A stretch of DNA of 40,894 bases, from NCBI GenBank assembly GCA_964372275.1, contig CAYJRR010000024.1, forward strand, positions 1 to 40,894. Reading direction: 5' to 3'. Every line of letters begins with the position of its first letter. Position 1 is the stretch's first letter. Shown here piece after piece: positions 10,964 through 20,010 of this stretch. The translations under genes and the position numbers were made by a program. This DNA is from an uncultured bacterium (lineage in GTDB: Bacteria > CAYJRR01). The notes beneath the pieces are model-generated. The model saw only the letters and a list, made by a program, of their open reading frames with translations, was not told where the DNA came from and ran no database searches.

Positions 10964-12913
10964 ATGGACTACCGCCCGTTCCCGGTCCTGGTGGTCGACG
11001 ACGAGGTGGAGAACCTCGACGCCTTCCGTCTCAACTTCGGCCGCAAGTTCACCGTGCTCACCGCCACCTGCGGCGTCGACGGGCTGGAGATCGCCCGCAA
11101 GGAACGGATCGCGGTGGCGATCGCCGACCAGCGGATGCCGGACATGCCGGGGACCGAGTTCCTGGCGGAGTTGCGCAAGGTCCGGCCGGACGCGGTACGG
11201 ATGATCCTCACCGGCTACACCGACCTGGAGTCGGTGATCGCGGCGGTGAACGAGGGGAAGATCGCCCGCTACATCACCAAACCTTGGGAGGCGCGGGACC
11301 TGGAGTCGGTGGTGCGGCAGGCGATCGACCACTTCCGGCGGGGCGTGGAGCGGCGGCGCCGGCTCCGCGAGCTGAACGCCTACAACCGAATTCTTTCGTT
11401 GATCGCGGCCGATCTGGGACTCTCCCGCGTGGTGAAGGAGGTCCTCGAGCTGGTGGCGCTCGACTTCAACTACGCCCGCACCTTCCTCCTCCTCGGCGAT
11501 GCCGCCGCGGACGAGATGGGGGGCCAGGCGGTGCTGCGCGAGTCCGGCGCCAAGCCGAAGGTGGTGAAGATCTGCGCCCCGATCCGGGGGCCCGACGCGC
11601 CGCTGGCGGCGGTGGTCGCCGCGACGGGCGGGTTCTCCGCCGAGCGGTTCGCGTTCGCCGCCTCCGCCGGCGGAGCCCCGGTCGAGTTCGCCGGCGGCCC
11701 GTTCTACGGGGCGCCGCTGGCGGTGGGCGGAAGGGTCGTGGGCCTCTTGTGCGCCGACCGCGGCAACGGCCGTGACCGCACCGACCGCGACGATGCGCGC
11801 TTCATCGCGACCATGGCCAGCCAGCTGAGCCTCGCCGCCGGCGGCTGGCTCACGGCCGAAAACCTGCAGCGAAAGGGGGTGCCGCCGGTGGAGGGCTCCG
11901 GGCCGACGAAGGACCCGACGCAGGTCCCGAAACGGCAGAGGGCGACCGTCCCCAAGCCGGACTTCGCCGACTACCCCGTGCTCCTGGTCGACGAGGACCC
12001 GGCCTCACGGCAGGCATTCCGCTCGAATTTCGGGGAGACGTTCCACGTCTTCACGGCGGAGACGGTGCACGAAGCGGTCGACCTCTGCCGCCGGAAGGGG
12101 CCCTCGGTGATCGTGGTCGGGCAAGGGATGCGGGGACGGACCACGGCCGGATCCGGACGCGAAGTCGTGAGCGGGATCGACCTGCTGGCCGAGATGCGCG
12201 ACCGCGATCCCGACTGCGTCCGGATCGTCCTCACCCGGGATGGCGACATCGAGGAGATCATCGGCGCGGTCAACCGCGGGCTCGTCTACCGCTACCTCTC
12301 GACCCCCTGGGACGTCCGCGAGCTCGGCAACGCGCTGCGCGATGCCGTCGCCTACTACCACGAGCTTTCCGATTCGCGGCGGGCGATGCGGGAGGCGGAG
12401 GTGGTCAATCGCCTGATGACGGTGGTGGCCGGCGAGACCGACCCGCTCCGCGTCGCGGAACAGGCGCTGCGCATCGCCACCGAGGATCTCGGCTACGACC
12501 GCGCCTACTTCTTCGAATACGACGAGCCGACCGGGCATCTCGCCCGCGGCCGGATGTCGGCGCGGGAACGTGTCGAGACGGCGACGGTGGAGCGGCTCCG
12601 GATCCCGGTGATCCGGGGCGGAGGCTGCTTCGCCACGGCGGTGCTCGACGGGAAGGCCCGGCGCTCCTCCGACGGGCCGACCGTCCCCGGCGGCGTGGAG
12701 ATCGAGTTCCACGACCGCCGCACGACGTTGGCCGTTCCGATCGGTGGCGCGGAGCCGCTGGGGGTGATCGCCTTCGAGCTGGCGCACGGGACGGCACGCG
12801 AGATCAAGAGCGGCGACGAGACGACCGCCGAGACGATCGCCGAGGTCCTCGCCGTCTCGATGAAGCACGCCCGGCGCCTGGCCGAGCTGACGCGCGCCAA
12901 GGAGCGCGCATGA
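10964..12913 (+). CDS. Response regulator-like protein REC-GAF-(pseudo)REC-GAF without a recognisable output domain
   Basis: REC1 VLVVDDE...ADQRMP...LTGY...TKPW; GAF (GAPLAVGGRVVGLLCAD); REC2 VLLVDED...VVGQGM...STPW; second GAF (LAVPIGGAEPLGVIAFE). Confidence 0.85.
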   Translation: MDYRPFPVLVVDDEVENLDAFRLNFGRKFTVLTATCGVDGLEIARKERIAVAIADQRMPDMPGTEFLAELRKVRPDAVRMILTGYTDLESVIAAVNEGKIARYITKPWEARDLESVVRQAIDHFRRGVERRRRLRELNAYNRILSLIAADLGLSRVVKEVLELVALDFNYARTFLLLGDAAADEMGGQAVLRESGAKPKVVKICAPIRGPDAPLAAVVAATGGFSAERFAFAASAGGAPVEFAGGPFYGAPLAVGGRVVGLLCADRGNGRDRTDRDDARFIATMASQLSLAAGGWLTAENLQRKGVPPVEGSGPTKDPTQVPKRQRATVPKPDFADYPVLLVDEDPASRQAFRSNFGETFHVFTAETVHEAVDLCRRKGPSVIVVGQGMRGRTTAGSGREVVSGIDLLAEMRDRDPDCVRIVLTRDGDIEEIIGAVNRGLVYRYLSTPWDVRELGNALRDAVAYYHELSDSRRAMREAEVVNRLMTVVAGETDPLRVAEQALRIATEDLGYDRAYFFEYDEPTGHLARGRMSARERVETATVERLRIPVIRGGGCFATAVLDGKARRSSDGPTVPGGVEIEFHDRRTTLAVPIGGAEPLGVIAFELAHGTAREIKSGDETTAETIAEVLAVSMKHARRLAELTRAKERA

Positions 12914-14295
12914 CCTTCCCTCGCCGCCCGAGCCCACCGACCGTTCCGTCCGTCCCCCCTCCCCTCCCTCTCCGGCTCCGACTCCCTTCCTCGCGGCGCC
13001 TCGCCTACGCCGGCTATCCGCTGCTCCTCCTCCTCGCGCTCGCCGTCGGCGCCGCCGCGCAATCCGAGCCCGAGCGTTCCGGACGCGGGCCGAAGAGCGG
13101 CGGCGCCGCCGCGACCCGGACCGGCCGCGAGTCGGCCAGGCGCATCCCCGCCGCCTCCCCGACCCCCAACCTCCTCGCCGCCACCCCGCGCGGCACGCCG
13201 ATCCCCTTGGGGGTCGATCCGGCGCTCGAGGAGGCGGTCCGGAAGGGGGAGGACCTGATCCTCAACCGTGAATACGACGTCGCCTCCGCCTTCTTCGACG
13301 AGGTCGAGCGGACCCATCCGGATTCGGCGGTCGGCCCGCTCGGCCGGATGCTCGTCCACCAGTCGAGGATGCTGGAGAACGGCGACTTCGCTTCCGAGCC
13401 GGCGTACGAGAAGGCGGGGACGGAGGCCGGACGGAGACTCGCGAAGGCGCTGAAGAGACCCGGCGAGGAGGTCTGGGACCGCCTGCTCACCGGCGGCTAC
13501 TACGGGGTGCGCGGCCTGCACGCCATGCGGAAGAAGAGCTACCTGCGGGCGGTGGACGACGGGTGGGAGGCGCTGTCGCTCCTGAAGCACGTGAAGAAGC
13601 TGGAGCCGGCCCTCGCCGACGCCGACGTCGGTCTGGGCTGTTACGACTACTGGCGCTCGGTGATCACCAGGAACGTGAGCTGGATCCCGTTTTTCCCCGA
13701 CAAGCGAAAACAGGGAATGGCGGCGATGGAGCGCGGCTTCGTCGAGGCCCAGTACACCCGCCCGATCGCGCAGATCATCCTGGTCTACGTCTACATCGAC
13801 GAGCGGAAGTACGAAGAGGCGATCGAGCTGGCGCGGGACATCGCGGCGCGCTATCCGCGCAACACGCTGGTCCGTGTGCAGTTGGCCCGCGCGCTCTCCC
13901 GGAAGGGTCGCTACCGCGATGCGATCGAGGTTCTCCGGGAGGTGGAGCGGCTTCAACCCGACAACAGACTCGTCGCCTACTACCTCGGCGCGAACCATCT
14001 CTACGAAGGAAAGGACCTCGACACCGCGGAGAACTACCTACGCCACTTCCTGATCGACCCGCCGGGGACCGACTGGCGCGGATGGGCCTACGAGCGGCTC
14101 GGGGACGTCTACATCAAGCGGAAACGGCCCGAGACGGCGCTCGTCTACTGGCAGAAGGCGCTGCGCGACAACGAGGACGACAAGGGGGTCGCGCGCAAGA
14201 TCGACCGGCTGAAACGAAAGCGGCGTTCGGCCGGCGCGGGGGCGGGCGCCGTCCCGGCGCCGACGCCCGGCAAGGGCCCCGGCACGCTGCCGTGA
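12910..14295 (+). CDS. Tetratricopeptide repeat protein, probably exported
   Basis: Hydrophobic LLLLLALAVGAAA segment; TPR-like helices (QLARALSRKGRYRDAIEVL, AYERLGDVYIKRKRPETALVYWQKAL); ATGA coupling upstream. Start uncertain. Confidence 0.8.
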   Translation: MTFPRRPSPPTVPSVPPPLPLRLRLPSSRRLAYAGYPLLLLLALAVGAAAQSEPERSGRGPKSGGAAATRTGRESARRIPAASPTPNLLAATPRGTPIPLGVDPALEEAVRKGEDLILNREYDVASAFFDEVERTHPDSAVGPLGRMLVHQSRMLENGDFASEPAYEKAGTEAGRRLAKALKRPGEEVWDRLLTGGYYGVRGLHAMRKKSYLRAVDDGWEALSLLKHVKKLEPALADADVGLGCYDYWRSVITRNVSWIPFFPDKRKQGMAAMERGFVEAQYTRPIAQIILVYVYIDERKYEEAIELARDIAARYPRNTLVRVQLARALSRKGRYRDAIEVLREVERLQPDNRLVAYYLGANHLYEGKDLDTAENYLRHFLIDPPGTDWRGWAYERLGDVYIKRKRPETALVYWQKALRDNEDDKGVARKIDRLKRKRRSAGAGAGAVPAPTPGKGPGTLP

Positions 14296-15605
14296 GCGAC
14301 GCGGCCACCGACACGTTGGAAGCGAATCTCCGCGTCCTGCGAAGTCGTTGGCCGGCGCTCGCCGGGCGCATCGCGGCGGCGCCGTTCCCCAAGGAGATCT
14401 CGGTCACCGAGACGCCCGAGCCGACCCTGGTCGTCGACGGCATCCACCTGACCAGCGGCTACGATCCGGCTTCGGAGGCGCGTACCCAGGCGGAGCTCGT
14501 TCCCCCCGAGTCGGCGGAGGCGTGGATCTACGGCGTGGGACTGGGGGAGTTGCCGCGCGCGCTGCTCACGCGGTCGGCGCTGCGGCGACTCCACGTCGTC
14601 TTCCTGAACGCGGGCGTCCTGCGCACGGTGATCGAGCTCTCCGACCAGAGCGATTGGCTGGGGGACGACCGCGTCGACCTGGTCGACGGCGCCGCGGAAA
14701 CGAGGCTGCGCAAGCCGTTCGCGGCGGTCCCCTCCTGCCTGCGCCTCGCCTCCGACGCGGCCGCGAGGCTTCGCGACCTGGTGGCGGTCGACCTCGCCAC
14801 CGGCTACATCAAGAGCCAATTCGTCGTCGACGACGCGTGGCTCGCGCGCCTCGAAGCCGATCGGCCGTTCGTCGAGCGCGACGGCGACGTGACGTCGCTG
14901 TTCGGCTCGCGCGCGGGGGGCGATCTGTCCGTGGCCGCGGCCGGCCCGACGCTCGCCGACGGCTACGACCTACTGCGCGCCCGTCGCGGATCCGGCCCGC
15001 TCATCGCCGTCGACGCCGCGCTCACGCCGCTCCTCGCCGCCGGGATCGCGCCGGAGGTGGTGATCTCGATCGACGCCGGCGAATCGGTGCTCCGCTTCTT
15101 CGAAGTCGACCTCGCGCAGCTGTCGAACAGCTGCCTGGTCTACTTTCCCGGAGTCGCTCCCGACGTCCTGCGCGCCTGGCCGTTCCGCCGCGTGGCCGCC
15201 TACCCGGCGCGCAGCCTGCGCTACCGCTCGTTGTCCCGCCGGCTGCCGCGCGGTGAGCTGTGGTCGTCCGGCTCGGTCGTCCATCCGGCGATCGACCTGG
15301 CGGTGCGGATGGGGGCCGCCCGCGTGACCCTGTTCGGAGCCGACTTCGCCTACCCCGGCGGCATGAGCCACGTCGCCGGCGCGACGGTCGCCCGTCCGGT
15401 CGACACCTCGCTCCCGTCGACTCCGTGGGTGCTCGACGGATCGGGCCAGCGGGTCCCCACCATGGCCAGCTTCCGGTGGTTCCTCCGGGACCTGGAGGGC
15501 TACATCCAGCGGCACCCGGAGGTCCGCTTCGTCGCCGCCAGCCGGCGCGGCGCGCGAATCGAGGGGACCCGCTACCTCGACGAATCCGAAGGGGGGGCCA
15601 CGTGA
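14292..15605 (+). CDS. Motility-associated factor (Maf)-type glycosyltransferase, DUF115/MptE-like domain
   Basis: GTG 14292 overlapping the upstream TGA; LEANLRVL...HLTSGYDP...YGVGLG N-terminus; DUF115 motifs AAGPTL, IAVDAA, GSVVHPAIDLAVRMGAARVTLFGADFAY, GARIEGT. Confidence 0.85.
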   Translation: MSDAATDTLEANLRVLRSRWPALAGRIAAAPFPKEISVTETPEPTLVVDGIHLTSGYDPASEARTQAELVPPESAEAWIYGVGLGELPRALLTRSALRRLHVVFLNAGVLRTVIELSDQSDWLGDDRVDLVDGAAETRLRKPFAAVPSCLRLASDAAARLRDLVAVDLATGYIKSQFVVDDAWLARLEADRPFVERDGDVTSLFGSRAGGDLSVAAAGPTLADGYDLLRARRGSGPLIAVDAALTPLLAAGIAPEVVISIDAGESVLRFFEVDLAQLSNSCLVYFPGVAPDVLRAWPFRRVAAYPARSLRYRSLSRRLPRGELWSSGSVVHPAIDLAVRMGAARVTLFGADFAYPGGMSHVAGATVARPVDTSLPSTPWVLDGSGQRVPTMASFRWFLRDLEGYIQRHPEVRFVAASRRGARIEGTRYLDESEGGAT

Positions 15606-15859
15606 CCGACGACCCGCCCCAATCGCTCGAGTCACTGCTTCGGTCGGCCAGCCGCGCCTTCCGCATGGGGATGGAGGCCCAGGGAACCCTCCGCCTGAAA
15701 CAGTTCCTCGATCGCACCCTCGCCGGGGCGGAGGGCGGAGCGATCCGGTCGGACGCCACGGTGATGCCGCTGCTGCAGGAGATCCTCGGCGCCCAGATGC
15801 GCGGCGACCACCTGCGCATCGCCGATCTTCTCGAATACGAGCTGCTGCCGCGACTCTAG
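15602..15859 (+). CDS. Small helical hypothetical protein of the type that accompanies Maf genes
   Basis: GTGA coupling; 85 aa ending LQEILGAQMRGDHLRIADLLEYELLPRL. Confidence 0.75.
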   Translation: MTDDPPQSLESLLRSASRAFRMGMEAQGTLRLKQFLDRTLAGAEGGAIRSDATVMPLLQEILGAQMRGDHLRIADLLEYELLPRL

Positions 15860-15875
15860 AAGAAGGACCCGTGTT

Positions 15876-15891
15876 GCGAGCCGCGGCTCGC
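15876..15891. terminator. Short perfect palindrome between convergent genes (possible terminator)
   Basis: GCGAGCCG/CGGCTCGC 16-bp palindrome between the stops at 15859 and 15891; no U-tract. Confidence 0.3.
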
Positions 15892-16541
15892 TATCGCAGA
15901 GACCAGTGCTGGGGGTCGATCTTGCGGGCGCGGGCGAGGAGCTTCTGGGCCTCGGGGGGCGGCGTGCCGGGCAGCCGGGCCAGCGAGACGTACGCGGGGA
16001 CGAAGTATGGATCCTGCGAGATCAGCTCGCGCAGGAGCGCGGCGGCCCCCCCGTGGTCGCCGGTTCGCGTCCGCTGGTCGGCGAGCCACAGCCGCAGCAC
16101 GAACGTTCCGGGCCGTTCCCGGTCGAGCTTGCTCAGGTCGGCGAGCGCGTCCTGCGGCGGCTTGGACAGGGCGGTCACCGCACGGCGGACCTCGTCGGCC
16201 TCGGGTCCGCGCGCCTGGTGGAGGATCTGCTCGGCCGCCTGTTCCGCGGCGCGTCCCGTCTCCTGGTCGGCGCCGCTGCGGAGGATCTCCCACTGGTATT
16301 CGAAAAAGGCGTCGGCGAAGCGGGAGCGCCGCGCGTAGACGTGTCCGAGCAGGAGATGGAACCCTCCCGTGTCGGAGAATCGCTTCATCCCTTCGCGCAG
16401 GGTCTTCTCGGCGAGCACCGGGTCGCCGGCCGAGAGCTCCACGTGCGCCAGCGTCATGTACTCCTCGGCGGTCGACGGTCCTCCCGTCCCCTTGGCGGCG
16501 AGGACGACCGCCGCGAACCCGATCAGGAGCTCGCGGGTCAA
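15891..16541 (-). CDS. Exported TPR protein
   Basis: TTG 16541 overlapping the upstream TGA (TTGA); signal-like MTRELLIGFAAVVLAA; TPR helices FHLLLGHVYARRSRFADAFFEY and AAALLRELISQDPYFVPAYVSLA. Confidence 0.75.
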   Translation of the reverse strand: MTRELLIGFAAVVLAAKGTGGPSTAEEYMTLAHVELSAGDPVLAEKTLREGMKRFSDTGGFHLLLGHVYARRSRFADAFFEYQWEILRSGADQETGRAAEQAAEQILHQARGPEADEVRRAVTALSKPPQDALADLSKLDRERPGTFVLRLWLADQRTRTGDHGGAAALLRELISQDPYFVPAYVSLARLPGTPPPEAQKLLARARKIDPQHWSLR

Positions 16542-17602
16542 TCGCCCCCCCACGCGTAGGCGGAGCTGGAGGCGGCCTTCGGCGCCACGTCGACGACGCG
16601 GTTGCCGTTCTCCGCCCAGCCTCTCGAGAACTGGTCGAGCGGAAGGTCGTAGGTGCCGAACGGGTCGGTGACGCGCACCGTTCCGGCGTTCCGGTCGACG
16701 GCGGTGACGGTCACGGTGTGTCCGCACAGCGACGCGCACGAGCTCCCCTGGACCTGACTCGCGTCGAGGATCAGCACCGGGGTATGCCGGTCGCGGAGCA
16801 TCTGCTCCAGGTCGGCGACGCTCGACTGCCGGTTTCGCGCCTCGAATCCGTTCCGGACCAGGTGCTGCTGCATCCAGTCGAGCGTCATCTTCCCTTCGGT
16901 CACCTTCGTCGTCTGCGTGCCGAAGACGTTCATCCCGAAGAACGACATCCCGAAGCGGGGCTGCTTCAACTCCTTCTGGTTGGTGAGCCCCGCCTGGACG
17001 GTGTTGGAGGTGATCTCCTTCAGCGTACCCGGGAGGAGCCGCCACAACGCGTACTGGCTGCAGAGCTGGGGACTGTCGATCCCTGCGGCCTTCCCCGCCT
17101 CCGCCAGCCACTGTGCCGTCGCCTGGCTCGCGCCGCCCGGTGGCTGGCCGAGCGGAGGGACGAAGGCACTCGCCGTGCCGCCCGACGCGCGCGCGCCCGC
17201 GAACGCGGCGAGGGCGACCCCGCCGGTGTTCCCGCCCTCGAGGTTCCCCTGCGGATTGCGCGCCGTTCCGGGTCCGGTCGCGGCCCCGCCGTTGCCGGCC
17301 GCGATCGGGCCCGATCCCGCGTTCAAGGAGCCCGAACCGGTGGCCTGGGGAAGGCGCACCGCCCCCGGCGAACCGCCGCCGGGAGGGGTCGAGCCCGTCC
17401 CGGTGTAGCTGCCGCCGACCCCGTTGATCTGGTGCGTCGCCAGGATCCCGCTGACGTCCTTTCCGAGCGCGAACGTCCCCTCCCGGAACTTGGGCACGTA
17501 GACGAACGACGCCGCCACGACGGCGATCACCGCCACCGAGATCAACAGCGTGTATTCGGTCCCGGCCTGACCGAAGGCGGACGCGAAGCCGCGGCGCGTC
17601 AT
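16538..17602 (-). CDS. Flp/Tad prepilin-like N-terminus + Gly-rich linker + C39-like (papain-fold) cysteine peptidase
   Basis: ATG 17602 after GGGAG; G|QAGTEYTLLISVAVIAVVAA Flp motif (Glu +5, Tyr +6); Gly/Ala/Thr/Pro linker; LCSQYAL...PVLIL...GHTVTVTAVD...VRVTDPFG...FSRGW, i.e. Cys/His/Asp in C39-like order. Confidence 0.75.
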   Translation of the reverse strand: MTRRGFASAFGQAGTEYTLLISVAVIAVVAASFVYVPKFREGTFALGKDVSGILATHQINGVGGSYTGTGSTPPGGGSPGAVRLPQATGSGSLNAGSGPIAAGNGGAATGPGTARNPQGNLEGGNTGGVALAAFAGARASGGTASAFVPPLGQPPGGASQATAQWLAEAGKAAGIDSPQLCSQYALWRLLPGTLKEITSNTVQAGLTNQKELKQPRFGMSFFGMNVFGTQTTKVTEGKMTLDWMQQHLVRNGFEARNRQSSVADLEQMLRDRHTPVLILDASQVQGSSCASLCGHTVTVTAVDRNAGTVRVTDPFGTYDLPLDQFSRGWAENGNRVVDVAPKAASSSAYAWGGD

Positions 17603-17641
17603 GGCGGAGCGCTCCCTTTGCCGTTGCAACGACCCGAGATT

Positions 17642-17671
17642 ATTGTACTCGCCTCCTGAGCGGCCTGTCGA
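17642..17671 (-). promoter_or_regulatory. Candidate promoter for the pilin-peptidase/TPR pair
   Basis: Minus strand TCGACA-N18-TACAAT about 40 nt upstream of ATG 17602. Confidence 0.4.
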
Positions 17672-17682
17672 CAACGCGTCCC

Positions 17683-20010
17683 TTGGCCGTGATCGCCGCG
17701 GCCGCCACGGTAACCCTGTGGTTTCACGCGCATCCTTGGGTCCGGCCGCTGGCGGCGCCGGTCGAACGACGGCTGTACGACTGGCGCCTGTCGCTGCGGA
17801 CCGATCGCGGCTGGCCCTCCGACCTGGTGATGGTGCCGATCGACGACCGCGCGCTGAAGGCGTACGGCGGCTGGCCGTGGCCCCGCACGCTCCAGGCGAC
17901 GCTGGTCTCCGAGCTCCGGCAGCTCGGCGCGAAGACGCTGCTGCTCGATCTGGTGCACGCCGCGCCCTACGACCCCGAAGGGGACCGTCGACTCGCCGAG
18001 ACACTCGGACGGGCCGTTCTCCCGGTCGGGCCGGGGACGATGGAACCGTCCTTCTCCACCGAGATGCGGTCGACGTTGGTAGCGGCCGCCGCCGACCCGA
18101 AGACGGAGTTCTCCGCGGAGGACCTGCAACGGCCGCTCGACGACTTCGTCCGCGCGAGTCTGGGGATCGGCCACGCGATCGTCTTCAACAACCAGGAAGG
18201 CTCGGTGCGCGGGATCGCCCCGTTGATCGCGGTCCGCGAGGAGAAGGGGGCGCTTCCCTCCGCGGCGGCGGTGGCGTGGCTGCGCCAGCGCGACCTCGAT
18301 CCGGCGGAGATCCGAACCCGCCCCGGAGCGGTGCTCCTCCCCGGCGGCCGCCCGATCCCGGTCTGCTGCCGTCCCGGGGATCTCGGCGGTCCGGTGAGCG
18401 GCATCGGACCCGGCGAAGCGGCGCTCGACCTGGTTCCGCGCCGACCCTTGAGGCTCCCGCCGACCGTCTCGGCCGCCGAGGTCCTCCGGCGCCACGAGGA
18501 GGGCGCCGAGGAACGGATCCGCCGCGCGCTCGAGGGCAAGCTGGCGCTGGTCTACGTCGACTCGGTCTACGCGCCGGACGACGTCGTCACCCCGCTGGGC
18601 CGCAAGCTTCCCGGCGGCGTGCTCCTGGCCTACGCCGTCCGGACGTTCGCACTCGGGAACCTCCCGCGCGGAGTTCCGATCGCATGGACGATCCTGGCGC
18701 TCGCCTTCGCAACCGCCGTCGCCGCGCCGTGGCTCTCCCGAAGACCGCCGGCCTCGGTCCTCGCCGCGACCGCCGGTGGCGCGAGCGTGGTGATGATCGC
18801 CGGCGTGGCGCTGGTGCCGACGGCCGACCTGTTCCTGCCGATCGCCTATCCGGTCCTCTTCCTGCTGCTGGCCGGCGGCGCGCTCACCGCCTTCTCCGCG
18901 CGCCGTCTCGAGACGGAGCGGCGGCGGCTGCGGAAGCTGCTTCGGGCGGCCCTCCGGCATCCGGCGCGCAGCGAGAGCATTCCGGCCGAACCGCGGCGCG
19001 GCGACGAACCGACGCGGCCGCACGAGAACCAGGGCAAGGACCGTCTGTCGGAGGCGCCGACGATCGAAGGCTTTCTCCCGTCCGAGAGCGTGGCCGGACC
19101 CCGCACCGCCGGAAGCGCCGGGACACGCGATTCGGCGGCGCTGCTCCTCGCCGGCCGCGCGCTCGAGGAGGACGTCGAGATCGGCCGATACCTGGTGAAG
19201 CGCTCGCTCGGACGCGGTGGGATGGGGGCGATCTTCCTCGCGGTCGACCGGGACCTCGACCGCCCGGTGGCGATCAAGATCCTGGAGCGCGCCGACGCCG
19301 GCTCCTACGCCCGTTTCCGCCGGGAAGCGCTCGCGGTGGCGCGGATCAGCCATCCGAACGTGGTGCAGATCTACGAGGTGGGGCTCGACGCGCAGGTCCC
19401 CTTCATCGTCATGGAGTACGTCGCCGGCGGAAACGTCAGCGACCTGCTCTCCGATCCGGTCGTGTCCAAACCGATCCCGTGGGAACGCGCCAGCCGCATG
19501 GTGATGGGGGTCGCCCGGGGGCTGGGCGCGGCGCACGCGCAGGGGATCGTGCACCGCGACGTGAAGCCGGCGAACCTGCTGCTCGAGCGGTACACCGGCG
19601 ACGTGGCCAAGATCGCCGACTTCGGGATCGCCAAGCTCGCGGGGGCCTCCGAATCGCTCACCCGGGAGGGGACGTTCGTCGGGACGGTCGGGTACCTGTC
19701 GCCGGAGCAGGCGCGCGGCCTGGAGGTCGATTCGCGCAGCGACGTCTACAGCCTGGCGGTGACCTGGTTCCGGATGCTGACCGGCCGTCGCCCGTACCAC
19801 GGCACGCCGGCGGAGGTGCTGCACCAGACGACGACGCAGTCGATCCCCGACCCGCGTCCCGACCACCCGGGGCTTCCGAAGGAGGTGGCGGAGCTGCTCC
19901 TCCGCATGGGGGACGTCGACCGCGAGCGGCGGCCGGTCGACGGCACGGCCGCCGCCGCGGCGATCGAGGCGCTGCTGCCGCCGCCGCCCGAGCGAACGAC
20001 GAGGCCCTGA
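17683..20010 (+). CDS. CHASE2-domain transmembrane Ser/Thr protein kinase
   Basis: CHASE2 signature LYDWRL...VPIDDRAL...GWPWPR; three TM helices; Hanks kinase GRGGMG, VAIK, HRDVKPAN, DFG, YLSPEQ, SDVYS. Start approximate. Confidence 0.92.
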   Translation: MAVIAAAATVTLWFHAHPWVRPLAAPVERRLYDWRLSLRTDRGWPSDLVMVPIDDRALKAYGGWPWPRTLQATLVSELRQLGAKTLLLDLVHAAPYDPEGDRRLAETLGRAVLPVGPGTMEPSFSTEMRSTLVAAAADPKTEFSAEDLQRPLDDFVRASLGIGHAIVFNNQEGSVRGIAPLIAVREEKGALPSAAAVAWLRQRDLDPAEIRTRPGAVLLPGGRPIPVCCRPGDLGGPVSGIGPGEAALDLVPRRPLRLPPTVSAAEVLRRHEEGAEERIRRALEGKLALVYVDSVYAPDDVVTPLGRKLPGGVLLAYAVRTFALGNLPRGVPIAWTILALAFATAVAAPWLSRRPPASVLAATAGGASVVMIAGVALVPTADLFLPIAYPVLFLLLAGGALTAFSARRLETERRRLRKLLRAALRHPARSESIPAEPRRGDEPTRPHENQGKDRLSEAPTIEGFLPSESVAGPRTAGSAGTRDSAALLLAGRALEEDVEIGRYLVKRSLGRGGMGAIFLAVDRDLDRPVAIKILERADAGSYARFRREALAVARISHPNVVQIYEVGLDAQVPFIVMEYVAGGNVSDLLSDPVVSKPIPWERASRMVMGVARGLGAAHAQGIVHRDVKPANLLLERYTGDVAKIADFGIAKLAGASESLTREGTFVGTVGYLSPEQARGLEVDSRSDVYSLAVTWFRMLTGRRPYHGTPAEVLHQTTTQSIPDPRPDHPGLPKEVAELLLRMGDVDRERRPVDGTAAAAAIEALLPPPPERTTRP

